Part shown: positions 1 through 10,400 of the stretch, piece after piece
Position numbering within the stretch: position 1 is the stretch's first letter
Layout of the letters: every line of letters starts with the position of its first letter
Virus record (IMG/VR): IMGVR_UViG_3300020456_000005
Origin: a virus
DNA length: 64,000 nt
Direction: 5' to 3' (one strand)
Translations under genes and position numbers: made by a program
Notes under the pieces: model-generated
Seen by the model: the letters and a program-made list of their open reading frames with translations, nothing else
Database searches by the model: none
Told to the model about the DNA's origin: nothing

Positions 1-3000
1 CAACTCAAGACTTCTATGCACAGTCTAAGAAGCAAGATGGTGGTCTCGTATTCTACACTGGTCTAAACTCTAATGGTGACCTATACATTGGTAACCGTAA
101 GATTGATGCTATCACTGGTGAAGAAGAATTCCTAGAGTCTGCACAGTTAGTTGATTCTGACGATGATACAGAAGATATCGGTAACCTCGTTACCACGTTT
201 GATACTCCTGTAACATTCAATGAGTACATCACTGTTAATGGTGGTGATGCTCAGGATCGCATGAGCACATTCAACTCTCCTGTTACTATCAATGTTCTTG
301 GTAGAGTTAGAGAATATGCGTTTACTGTAGTTTCTAACGTATCACCTAGCGATGGTGATGATGCAACTCTTGATAAGACACAGCAATTCCTCAATCAAGA
401 TACATTTGGCGATATTGTTATTGCTAGAAACAGAGTTGCTGCATCTGTATTCCAATTTAACCCACGTGGATCAAATGGTTCAGCACAAGGTTATAAGATT
501 CAGAACCATGTAGTTGCTAATCTTGGATCAAATATTACTCCTAATCAGAGTGCTCTCTATTCAACAGGACTAGGAACAGCAATTGATGCTACCCAGAATG
601 TTCTTTATGGAAATACAGTTCCACTTTCTGGAGACATGCTCCTTAAAGGATCTGAAGTTGGTGGTTCTGGATCAATTGGTTGGATTTATGCTAACTTCTT
701 CTCTATAATTCCAGCAGCAAATATCCTTCACTTCACGATGGATGGTAGCACTGTTATCACTATCACATGGGGTAACAATCTAAACAACGAACAGGTTGGT
801 GTTACTAGTGGATCACAAATTAGAATCAGTAACTTCAGTGATTCTGGATTTAATGGTCTATGGCAGATTATTGGTAATGGATTTACACCTACTGCTAGTA
901 CTTGTCAGATTGCTCTCATTGAGAACAGATCTAATGTTGCTAATGATAATCCACGCCTATGGAGTGATGAAGTTTCACTTGGAAATGATGTAAGACTAGA
1001 GTTCTCTAATTCTTCTTGGAAGGAATTTGGAGTTCTTGGTGCTGAAACACTTAGAACTGATACTGAGAACATTGGTGACTACAAACTTGGTATTAACACA
1101 GTTGCAAGATCTGCACATGATGCATATAAGACTGCATTCACTGATGTTGCAACAGCTCCTCGTGCAAACCTTGACGTTGTTGGTAACACATTTATCAGTG
1201 GTAAGATTATCTCTGATTACTTAGATAACGCTGCATTTGCTAATAGAACTGAAACATCTACTGACTATGCATTGTTGGTTGGTGGTGATAGTGCAACACC
1301 AGCAAATGAAGCAACACTAAGAGTTGCAACTTCTAACAATGGTCGTGTTGGTATTAATGTAACCAATGCTGAACTAGACAGAGCATTAGTTGTTGACGGT
1401 GAGTCAAGATTTACTGGCGATGCTAGATTCCAACAGGATATTGAAGTTCATGGTGGTGGCGGTACTAATACTGCTGAAATCAGAACTGATATTACTTCTG
1501 GTACATTTAATTTCTTAATGAATAACACCTTTGTTGGTGTTGCAAATGCTAATGGTCTTAAGATTGCTGGTTGGGTACAAAATATTGAAATTGGTAATGA
1601 GACTGCACAAGAACAATACATTGAACTTGGCACTAAATCTCTTAATAGCAATATCTTTATTGGATCTACTCCAGACACACCTGTTGGAAATATTTCTAAG
1701 GTTGAGATTGGTGGAGCATATAACAATAATGAATCCCAATCTTACACTGAGATTAAAACCAAGTCTCTTAAAGTTAATGGTGATTTCCAGTTAGGAACTA
1801 GACGCACTATTACAGATTCGGTAAGACTATCTACCACTGCTGGTGAAGTTAGCTTCTTCTCTGACTCTGGTTCTGCATCTACTATTAACTTTGGTCTAAA
1901 TGCATCTGAAGTTAACATTGCTGGTCAGGGTGGTAAGACTACTATCAACAACCAGTTGGAAGTTATTGCATCTGCTAAGTTTAATGGTGATGTACATATG
2001 TGTGGTGGACTTGCGTCCTTCGCATTCAATGCATCTAGAGGACAGAGTGGAACAACAATTTCTGCACATGATGATGGAATTATTGTTGCAGATGTTCAGT
2101 TCAATAAGAATATTGATATCTTAAATGTCACACGTCTTACAAGTGCTGAAGATGGATACAACCAAGTTGATACTGCTGGTTCTGGAAATTGGGGTAGTAG
2201 TTCATATCAGGATGATCAAAGTATTGGACTACCAACTTTAAGTGGTAATGAATTCTATCTACCTCTTAAGAATAAACCAGATGATGCTGATGGCAATCCA
2301 TACTTTAATGAGAATGATTACATTATCGTTGATAGTCCAGTAGTTACAACCACTGGATATCCAGAATTCTTGAAAGTTCTAGAGTTAACTAGAATTAATA
2401 CCGCACCATATTATATTAAAGTTGAGCGTAAACCTTTCGGTACATTTACTGGACAAGTAGAAACACATCCAGATACAACACCAATCTATAAGGTTAATGT
2501 ACAGTTTGACTCCACATGGACTGAGCAGGCACTAGATGCTGATGGTCCTGAAGATAATGTATATCTTGCAGAGTTTGGTGGTGATTTAAATCCTAATGAT
2601 TATGTAATCGTTGATCGTGAAGATACTAATAATGATGGCACCTTTGATCAAGGTGAAATCCTTAAGGTTCTAACATCACTTAATCAACAGGTTCAGAAGT
2701 TTAGAATTTCTGACTGTGGAACCCCAGATAAAGATGTATTCATCGTTGATTCTACTACTGGTGATACTTACATCGGTGGTGAAGTAACAATTGAGAACTC
2801 AGTTAATATTAATGGTGGTTGCTCTACTACAGATAGAGGAACAATCACTGGTAATATTACACCTGCAACTGGTAGTATTCTAGTAGACACGATTACTAAT
2901 ATCAGTAGCACTGATATTGCCAAGGTTAAACTTAATGATACTGTTAAGTTTGATGGTGGTGGAGTCAATGCAGATCTATTCGGTAACACCAGAATTATTG

Positions 3001-4688
3001 AGATCGGAACTGATTTTATTAAACTAAATCAGAATATTGTTTCTACCGCAGCTCTAACAAATGTAACATTCCGTGTTACTAAGAACGAAGAGTTTATCAT
3101 TACTAATGGTAAAGAGCAGAATACTCTTTACTTTGATACATGTAGTGCTGCTCTTGAAATTGGTAATCAGATCAGAAGAATTGATATTAGCAGAGTTCTT
3201 CCTGGATCGCAATCTCCTGCAGATACTGTAAGTACCTACGATGGAAGTGAAGCAGATCAAAAGGTTTATTCTTATTGGGTTGATCCTGCAACAATTAATG
3301 CTAATGGTCCAATTACTACATTAACCGCAACTGCGAATACTGGTCCTATTTCTGGATCTGTCTATCTAAGTGTTGCTGAGTTAGGTCTTGGATCTGGTAG
3401 ATTTGCTGAGGGTGATTTAGTTCTGGTTGGTAACACATCTCAGATTAATGCTAAGGGAACAACTGGAACTGATTGGGAAATCATGGAAGTTGGGGCAGTT
3501 GATATCACCTCAAATATTTTGAGATGTATTCCTGGTCAAGAGGGAACAACTGCAAATGCACTATCAACCTACCCAGCAACTACAACTAGTGTTATTAGAA
3601 TCCTGAAGCATCCTATGGTTTCTTCAATGCTTGACATTGAAGAAAGAACTCGTGATGTTAATGGAACTAATGTTCCTTACGTTTCTGTAATTATTGATAA
3701 AGGACAAATTGTCCAAACAAAACTTGATTACACAAACTTTGTAAGAATTACCAATGCATCTGATGCAAATGGTAAGTTCTACCTTGTTAACGGAGGTTTA
3801 CTAGGAAAATATCATACACCAGTCATGGATGAAACACTCCAAGATGGTAACGTTACTCATAGAAATGGTGATTTAGTTCTTAATAAAGACTTCTCCATGT
3901 ATGGTGGCAACATCGTCATGAAGGATTCTGTTGGTAAGACAAATATCTTGAGAGTTGTTAATGATGATGGACATGCAGATCACTCTGGATCTATCTACTT
4001 TGATGCTGGTATTATTGGAAGAGGTAATATTACTCTCTATCCAGCAACTTGTCCAGAAAACGTTGTTGTAAATGCACAGTCATGTAACCCATCATTTAAG
4101 ATTGATACATTTGGTAATGGTTTAGTTGGTCAAAGTTGGGAAATTGTTGGATCTCCAGCAGAGGCTCCAGCAAAAACACCAAAACTATCTGTCCAGAATC
4201 TTGGTATCAACGGTGCTGATAGGTTCGTAATCAATCAAGATAATTCTATTGATGCATTTGGTATTAATAATTTCTACACCACTAGTGGCGGTAGACATGC
4301 CAGATATGTATCTACTGGATCTGATGCAGATGATAAGAATCTACAATCTAATGTTACTTACTTTGTTAATGTAACTAATCAAGATGAAATGATTCTATTC
4401 TTACCAGAGAATGCTCAAAGTGGAGATAGAATTGAAATCATTGAGGTTGGTGGAAATCTAACTTACGATACATCTCTAGTCATTAGAGCATTAGGATCAC
4501 AGGTTAGAGTCCAAGGTGATAGTTCAGGAACTACAATTGGATTAGGTGGATCCACTCCATATAATTCTGGTGAACTAGTTGTACAAACACCAAACGCTGC
4601 GTTTACCTTGATCTACCTAGGATCTACAGACTCACAAGGAACAATTGTTTCTTCCTCTGTAACTGGATGGTGGCTCAAGGAGGTCTGA
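1..4688 (+). CDS. Giant cyanophage virion structural / tail-fibre-like protein (5'-truncated by window)
   Basis: Frame is open from position 3 (TQDFYAQSKKQDGGLVFYTGLNSNGDLYIGNRKIDAITGEE...), so ATG 261 is internal. G/T/N/S-rich beta repeats. C-terminal gp9/gp10-like domain (YFVN..LFLP..GDRIEIIEV..FTLIY..GWWLKEV). Confidence 0.8.
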   Translation, partial: TQDFYAQSKKQDGGLVFYTGLNSNGDLYIGNRKIDAITGEEEFLESAQLVDSDDDTEDIGNLVTTFDTPVTFNEYITVNGGDAQDRMSTFNSPVTINVLGRVREYAFTVVSNVSPSDGDDATLDKTQQFLNQDTFGDIVIARNRVAASVFQFNPRGSNGSAQGYKIQNHVVANLGSNITPNQSALYSTGLGTAIDATQNVLYGNTVPLSGDMLLKGSEVGGSGSIGWIYANFFSIIPAANILHFTMDGSTVITITWGNNLNNEQVGVTSGSQIRISNFSDSGFNGLWQIIGNGFTPTASTCQIALIENRSNVANDNPRLWSDEVSLGNDVRLEFSNSSWKEFGVLGAETLRTDTENIGDYKLGINTVARSAHDAYKTAFTDVATAPRANLDVVGNTFISGKIISDYLDNAAFANRTETSTDYALLVGGDSATPANEATLRVATSNNGRVGINVTNAELDRALVVDGESRFTGDARFQQDIEVHGGGGTNTAEIRTDITSGTFNFLMNNTFVGVANANGLKIAGWVQNIEIGNETAQEQYIELGTKSLNSNIFIGSTPDTPVGNISKVEIGGAYNNNESQSYTEIKTKSLKVNGDFQLGTRRTITDSVRLSTTAGEVSFFSDSGSASTINFGLNASEVNIAGQGGKTTINNQLEVIASAKFNGDVHMCGGLASFAFNASRGQSGTTISAHDDGIIVADVQFNKNIDILNVTRLTSAEDGYNQVDTAGSGNWGSSSYQDDQSIGLPTLSGNEFYLPLKNKPDDADGNPYFNENDYIIVDSPVVTTTGYPEFLKVLELTRINTAPYYIKVERKPFGTFTGQVETHPDTTPIYKVNVQFDSTWTEQALDADGPEDNVYLAEFGGDLNPNDYVIVDREDTNNDGTFDQGEILKVLTSLNQQVQKFRISDCGTPDKDVFIVDSTTGDTYIGGEVTIENSVNINGGCSTTDRGTITGNITPATGSILVDTITNISSTDIAKVKLNDTVKFDGGGVNADLFGNTRIIEIGTDFIKLNQNIVSTAALTNVTFRVTKNEEFIITNGKEQNTLYFDTCSAALEIGNQIRRIDISRVLPGSQSPADTVSTYDGSEADQKVYSYWVDPATINANGPITTLTATANTGPISGSVYLSVAELGLGSGRFAEGDLVLVGNTSQINAKGTTGTDWEIMEVGAVDITSNILRCIPGQEGTTANALSTYPATTTSVIRILKHPMVSSMLDIEERTRDVNGTNVPYVSVIIDKGQIVQTKLDYTNFVRITNASDANGKFYLVNGGLLGKYHTPVMDETLQDGNVTHRNGDLVLNKDFSMYGGNIVMKDSVGKTNILRVVNDDGHADHSGSIYFDAGIIGRGNITLYPATCPENVVVNAQSCNPSFKIDTFGNGLVGQSWEIVGSPAEAPAKTPKLSVQNLGINGADRFVINQDNSIDAFGINNFYTTSGGRHARYVSTGSDADDKNLQSNVTYFVNVTNQDEMILFLPENAQSGDRIEIIEVGGNLTYDTSLVIRALGSQVRVQGDSSGTTIGLGGSTPYNSGELVVQTPNAAFTLIYLGSTDSQGTIVSSSVTGWWLKEV

Positions 4689-4691
4689 TAA

Positions 4692-6080
4692 ATGGCAAAT
4701 TACGGTAGAATTAAATCAACGAAAATCGCCCCAATTGGCACAATTATGCCATGGGGTGGTGGTTCAGCGATTGGGGAAAGTGGGGATAATATACCAAGAG
4801 GTTGGATTGTATGTAATCCTGCTACTCAGATACTAAATGCTGCAGATTATCCATTGCTCGCTAAAGTACTTGGAAATACATATGGACCATTTCCTGAACC
4901 AACTGATACTACATCAGTTATTGGAGTTAATTTTGGCATCGTAAATAATTTTCCTTATAATCCAGATTCCGATAGTGATCGTCATGATGCATCAAAACAT
5001 GTAGATCGGTTTGGATTACCTAATTTAAATCAACTTGCATTAGTTGATATTGAAGCAGCTAGAATACCAACTGATGCTCTATTAGAATTGGGAACATATA
5101 TTAGTAAAAATGGAACAGAAGGTGATTTACCAGATACAGAACCAGATGTTGATGTTGATATTACTTTTACAGTAGAACCATCAGATAATATGGCTGGTAG
5201 AATTACTGGAATTACATTATCAGATCCAATTTATACTGATACAGTGTATGTTTTACCAAGAAAACTTGGTAATGACCATACTCCAGCGCATACACATAGA
5301 CCAGCTAGTGATAGTGAGTTTGATAAATTTACAGGTGTACAACCACTTGCTAATCCATTGATGGAATTCCAACCAGGAACTGGACTACCTGATAATGCTG
5401 GTAAGATTGAAAGTGTCACGGCAATTGGAAACAGAGGTACTAATTCTCCCCCACATACATTTTTACGTGGAGAACGTGATGTTACATGGTTTGATGAAAA
5501 TGATGGTGGATTAACTGTCCCAATATTAGACAAAAAGATTAATATTCCATTTAATATGGCACTTGTTCCTCAGAGTGTTGGTACTTCTAGGACAATACCA
5601 AAGGTAAATAAAATTGAGAATGAATATACAGATAATGGTTTGTCAATAGAATTTGTGCAAACGCAAGCACATACAGGAGCATTTCCTCCTGCTGGAAGAT
5701 ATCAAGGAAGAAGAAACTATTATCCATCTCCAGATGTTCCCGATTATCATAGAGGAGTGGATATGCCACAGGCATATATCAATGATCCTCCATTTGTATT
5801 AGGAGAACAACAACAAATTACTTTAGGAGTTACAGATACATTCGCATCAACTCTAGATCACGAGTCTGATCGTTGGCTAGATAGTACATTGAAGTCGCAT
5901 ACTCACGATGCAATGGAGTTGACGATGAATCGTGGAAGTCTTGCTATACCAACAACGGTATTGGTTAATAACGTTTCTACTGGTACTACAGTTCCTGTTA
6001 GTGTTGATACCGCGTTGACAATTGCAGTTAATCCAAATACACCATCACTAACAATAATGTATATTATTAGGGCGTTTTAA
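4692..6080 (+). CDS. Tail collar domain protein (short tail fibre / gp10-gp12-like)
   Basis: APIGTIMPWGG..PRGWIVC..DYPLLAKVLGNTYG..FGLPNL collar motif, HxHxH motifs, C-terminal PSLTIMYIIRAF. Confidence 0.8.
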   Translation: MANYGRIKSTKIAPIGTIMPWGGGSAIGESGDNIPRGWIVCNPATQILNAADYPLLAKVLGNTYGPFPEPTDTTSVIGVNFGIVNNFPYNPDSDSDRHDASKHVDRFGLPNLNQLALVDIEAARIPTDALLELGTYISKNGTEGDLPDTEPDVDVDITFTVEPSDNMAGRITGITLSDPIYTDTVYVLPRKLGNDHTPAHTHRPASDSEFDKFTGVQPLANPLMEFQPGTGLPDNAGKIESVTAIGNRGTNSPPHTFLRGERDVTWFDENDGGLTVPILDKKINIPFNMALVPQSVGTSRTIPKVNKIENEYTDNGLSIEFVQTQAHTGAFPPAGRYQGRRNYYPSPDVPDYHRGVDMPQAYINDPPFVLGEQQQITLGVTDTFASTLDHESDRWLDSTLKSHTHDAMELTMNRGSLAIPTTVLVNNVSTGTTVPVSVDTALTIAVNPNTPSLTIMYIIRAF

Positions 6081-6082
6081 AA

Positions 6083-7441
6083 ATGGCAGTATTCTACAAT
6101 AGAGAAAGAAGTAAGTTAGGGTCACTTACTGGAACTATTATATCATTTGCTACGCAACTTCCTACTAATGAACCTAAAGATAATGTAGATTTATTACCTG
6201 CAGGTTATCTAAGATGTGATGGAAGTGTATTATTTGCTTCTGAGTATCCATTACTAGCAGCAGTACTAGGAGTTGGTGATGAATGTCGTTATAAGAAACC
6301 AGATACCGCATTAGCAGCAAATGAGTTTCAGATACCTGATCTAAGAAGTAAACATATTAGGGCAACAACATCTGCCAATATTGGTCTTTACAACGATCTA
6401 TATGTAACTGATGTTAATGGTAATCAAGTTATAAAAGCTGGTGTTGGATTAGATGTAATTCAAAATATTGATAGTCCATTTACATTAACATATAATGGTG
6501 AATTTTATATTCCACCACAAACTGTAGATTTAAGAGGAGAACCATCATTTTCACTTGAAACGGGTGCATATACGTTTGAAACGGGTGTGCAAAACAATAT
6601 GTTCCAACCACACTTACATAGATCCACAACTAGTCGCGCAAGACAATATGATAGAGCTGGAAATCATTTTGGTTCAATTCAGAATAATTCTATTAGATCT
6701 ATGTCTTCACTTAATGTTTGTCAGTGGTGGGCAAATACTAGACAAGAACTTTGCTACTGGCAAATAACAACAGCGTCAGCAAAAACTAGAGAAGGAGTTG
6801 GACCAGGACAAAACGATGTGTCTACACTACTTGGACCATCCAATGAAATTAACCAGTATGGTGCATGTTGGTTTGCTTGCGGACAGTTTACCACTCAAGG
6901 ATATTGTCTGTGGCCTGAAACCTCTAATTGTCCTGGTGGCGGAACTGTAGGTCAACAAGAATGGAATATCAGATTAAATTCTGAATGTGGCGTGGGTAAT
7001 GGCAGAGAAGGAGATACTACCACATTTGGTAATATAACTTATGATCCAACTTGGACAGTTGATTGTGTATGTCCATTGGGTATAGGTTGTCCAAATGGTA
7101 TTGATACTGATTTCGTAAATTCTGATACATTAATCAACTTTGCTGGACTGGGATCAAATTTACCATTCACAATGCTAGATGAAGAATATTATCCTACAGG
7201 ATATGGATCAGTAGCTAACGTATCAACTTTATCTGGTGAGTTTGGAGATGAAGGAATTCATAGACACAGAATACCAGTTGAAGCTGATGATCCACATACT
7301 TATAAAATGGTAACTAGAGCAGCATCGGCAAGAGCTGATACTGGACTAGATTCTCAGATTGTGATTGATATTAATAGTGATAAAAAGGCAGATAAATACA
7401 TACAGCCTTACATTGTAACGGAATACCTAATTAAGTTCTGA
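6083..7441 (+). CDS. Tail collar domain protein with Cys-rich insert
   Basis: GTIISF..PAGYLRCDGS..EYPLLAAVLG..FQIPDLR, PHLH and HRHR motifs, C-terminal QPYIVTEYLIKF. Confidence 0.8.
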   Translation: MAVFYNRERSKLGSLTGTIISFATQLPTNEPKDNVDLLPAGYLRCDGSVLFASEYPLLAAVLGVGDECRYKKPDTALAANEFQIPDLRSKHIRATTSANIGLYNDLYVTDVNGNQVIKAGVGLDVIQNIDSPFTLTYNGEFYIPPQTVDLRGEPSFSLETGAYTFETGVQNNMFQPHLHRSTTSRARQYDRAGNHFGSIQNNSIRSMSSLNVCQWWANTRQELCYWQITTASAKTREGVGPGQNDVSTLLGPSNEINQYGACWFACGQFTTQGYCLWPETSNCPGGGTVGQQEWNIRLNSECGVGNGREGDTTTFGNITYDPTWTVDCVCPLGIGCPNGIDTDFVNSDTLINFAGLGSNLPFTMLDEEYYPTGYGSVANVSTLSGEFGDEGIHRHRIPVEADDPHTYKMVTRAASARADTGLDSQIVIDINSDKKADKYIQPYIVTEYLIKF

Positions 7442-10400
7442 TGGCAAATTATAGATCTACTCTTCCAAATTTTTATTCTGATAAAGGCGGGTCATACGTT
7501 CAGATTGGTGCTATTGTACCAGTGCTGGTAGATAGTAATTCTGACCCTACGAATAATTTACCAACACAAGATCCACATTATTCTCATCGTGGATACTTGT
7601 ATTGTGATGGAAGTAAATATTCTATTAAAGATTATCCTTTATTATACGAAAGTTTAGGTAACGAGTATCTACAAAGATCTGGTGCTAATGGTAACGAAAG
7701 ACTTTCTGCAAATGCTATCATTCAAACTGAATCAGGACCACCAGGAACAGTACATAGAACTTTTGTAAATGGTGGTAATGTATATGCAGAAATTTATGGT
7801 ACAAAAACAACCGCCCCTGATGGAACAGTAACTTATGATAGAGTAATTCCTTCTAATGCAACATTATCATTTCGTCAATTAGGGGATTTTCCTGGTTCTA
7901 GAACTTGGCGTAAGGCGACAGCACCTTACAACAATTTATGGAGTGAGTTCATGAAGAGCTACTCTGTATATCCCTCTACTACTGATCCTTTATTTGATAT
8001 TGATCATACTTGGACTGGTGGTACTGTTAATATTCCTACAACTGGTAATTATAAAATTCAGTACGCAACTGATAATGCAGGTAGTGTAACATTTAACGGT
8101 ACTGTTTACAGTAGTGGTTCTTCATTTACAGAGGGCACAATCAACACAGTAGATTTAGGAAATGTTTCTGCTGGTTCATATCCAATATCATTATTGGTAA
8201 ACAATGGATCTGGAACTGGAGGCACAACTTTCCTGCAAAATCCAGGTGGTATTGCTGTTAGAATCTATAATGATGCTACTAATGTGGATGTATGGGCAAC
8301 AACTTCTGATGTTGCTAACACTTCATCACAAGGTGTAGTTCAAGAAAATAAAGAATATAGATTAATATACGCTTCTTTCTATCAAAGTTTAGCACAAAGA
8401 TCTGATACTCATGTTTATAGAGTACTTGTAAACTATGATCCTAATGATACTACTACAGGAACACCTGGAGCAACTGTAACATGGAGTATTAGTTCATCAT
8501 CAATATTAGCATCACCAGATCCACTTAATACTCTTGCTATTGCTCATTATGGTACAGTCCCTGCAATCGCTCCTGGCACTTACGATCCTTTAACTGGGCA
8601 AGGATATCCAACGGGATATGAACAATATGAAGATGCTGGTGCTCGTAATGATACGATGCAGATCTCTTGGGGTAATTTATTTGGAATGCCTGCTGGTGTT
8701 AGTGTAGATACCTATGAAATTTACTTAGAAGATTTATCAGTTCAAACATCTGTATTATGGAATATCAAAAATATTCCAGCATCAAAGACAGGAATGAGTG
8801 TTAATGAACCACTACCAACTGGCGCAACGAAATTACCTAACACTGTAGAACAAACTTCAATAGGTTCTGGTCCTGATTGGGTTAATAATGGATATTCTGG
8901 TCCACAACCTCCTGCTGGTGAAAAGCATAAGTACAGACTACATGTTATTGCAAATCTAACTAATCAGCAAACTCTGATTACTCATATGGATTTTGCTGCT
9001 GGATCTGGTCAGTTAATTCCAGACTATAATAGAGCACCAGCATATACAGATAACTATGATATTACTGGAACAGGATCTGGTGTCACTGGTGGTAGTTTAG
9101 ACATCGTTATTGGAAGTTTAACAAATCAACCTGTAATTAGAATTAGAAAAGGATATGAATTATCTGATTATCCATACATTCTAGGTGAATTTAGAGTTCC
9201 TGATTATAGAGATAGAAAACTAATTGGATATGGTGAGGGTATTGAAGGATCTGGTAGTCCACTGGTAGGTGATAGAATTACTATGAGAGTTGGTGATATT
9301 GGTGGGCAATGGTATATTCCAACAACTGAATTAGAAACTCCTCAAGAATTTTATGAAATTAGTGATGTTGTTACTACTGGATATAATGATGTAGTAGCAG
9401 ATATTACTTCATATGCTATTGGAGAAAAAACATATAGAGTTGGACCTACAGAAGATTATATCTTTGCACGTCCTGCATCACATAATCATTATATTTTAGG
9501 AAGTATTGTTCTAGAGAGATCACTTGCAACCCTTGGAGGTGTAGACACATATACTACACAATACACAAATTATAATGGTTCTGTTCTTGAGTTCGTTCCT
9601 GGTGGTCCATCTGGTGATGGTGGGGCAATAGGTCACTCTCATGGATTACAAGGATCAAGACCTTCTAATGCAACTATTGCTACTTATGGTAATGTTGAAG
9701 GTATTGGTGAAAAGAAACAAACAAATGTTCTGCCTGATAAAACATGGGCAGTTGATGATCCAGCATTTACGTCTACGATTACTGATTATAATGATACTTG
9801 GCAGACAGAATGGGGTAATGGTCGTGGTGAACTTGGTGGATTTGCTAATCCTGGACTAGATCAAGATAATTATATTAGATTTTCTAGTTTAGGAACATCT
9901 CCACAATCTACTTTGGCAAACGACAGAGGTGTTACATTCACCATTGATATGTCAAATTATACTAAATTTTATGTTCTTGCTATCGTAGGAAATGATAGTA
10001 ATGGTGGAGAACGTCCTAACCAACCAACTGAAGGATTGAGAATAATTTGGCCAAATGGAGTTGAAGAAGATATTCTTCCTTCTAGAGGAGGTAGTGGTTT
10101 ATCTTTCAATGAGTATGATGCAGCATATGCATTCTGGAAAAAGCAAATAGTTGATATCCCTCCACAATATCGGACAAGTAATGTTTCAATTACATTAAAA
10201 CAAGATCTTGAAGTACCTGCAACTACTTGGCAGGAATATAGTAGGGAAACAAGTGAATCACTTGGATTTGATAGTGAGACTGGCTGGAATGATGTTGGTG
10301 CGCTCCACCCTAACGGATTGGATTCTATTGGAGTTGCACAAGTTGGATTGATGGGTGGTACACAACCTGGAGTAGTTTGGGATGGATGTTACAACTATAG

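Noticed and set aside
6555-6587. 12-bp direct repeat TTGAAACGGGTG
   Set aside because: It matches a short peptide repeat (LETGA/FETGV) and has no other support.
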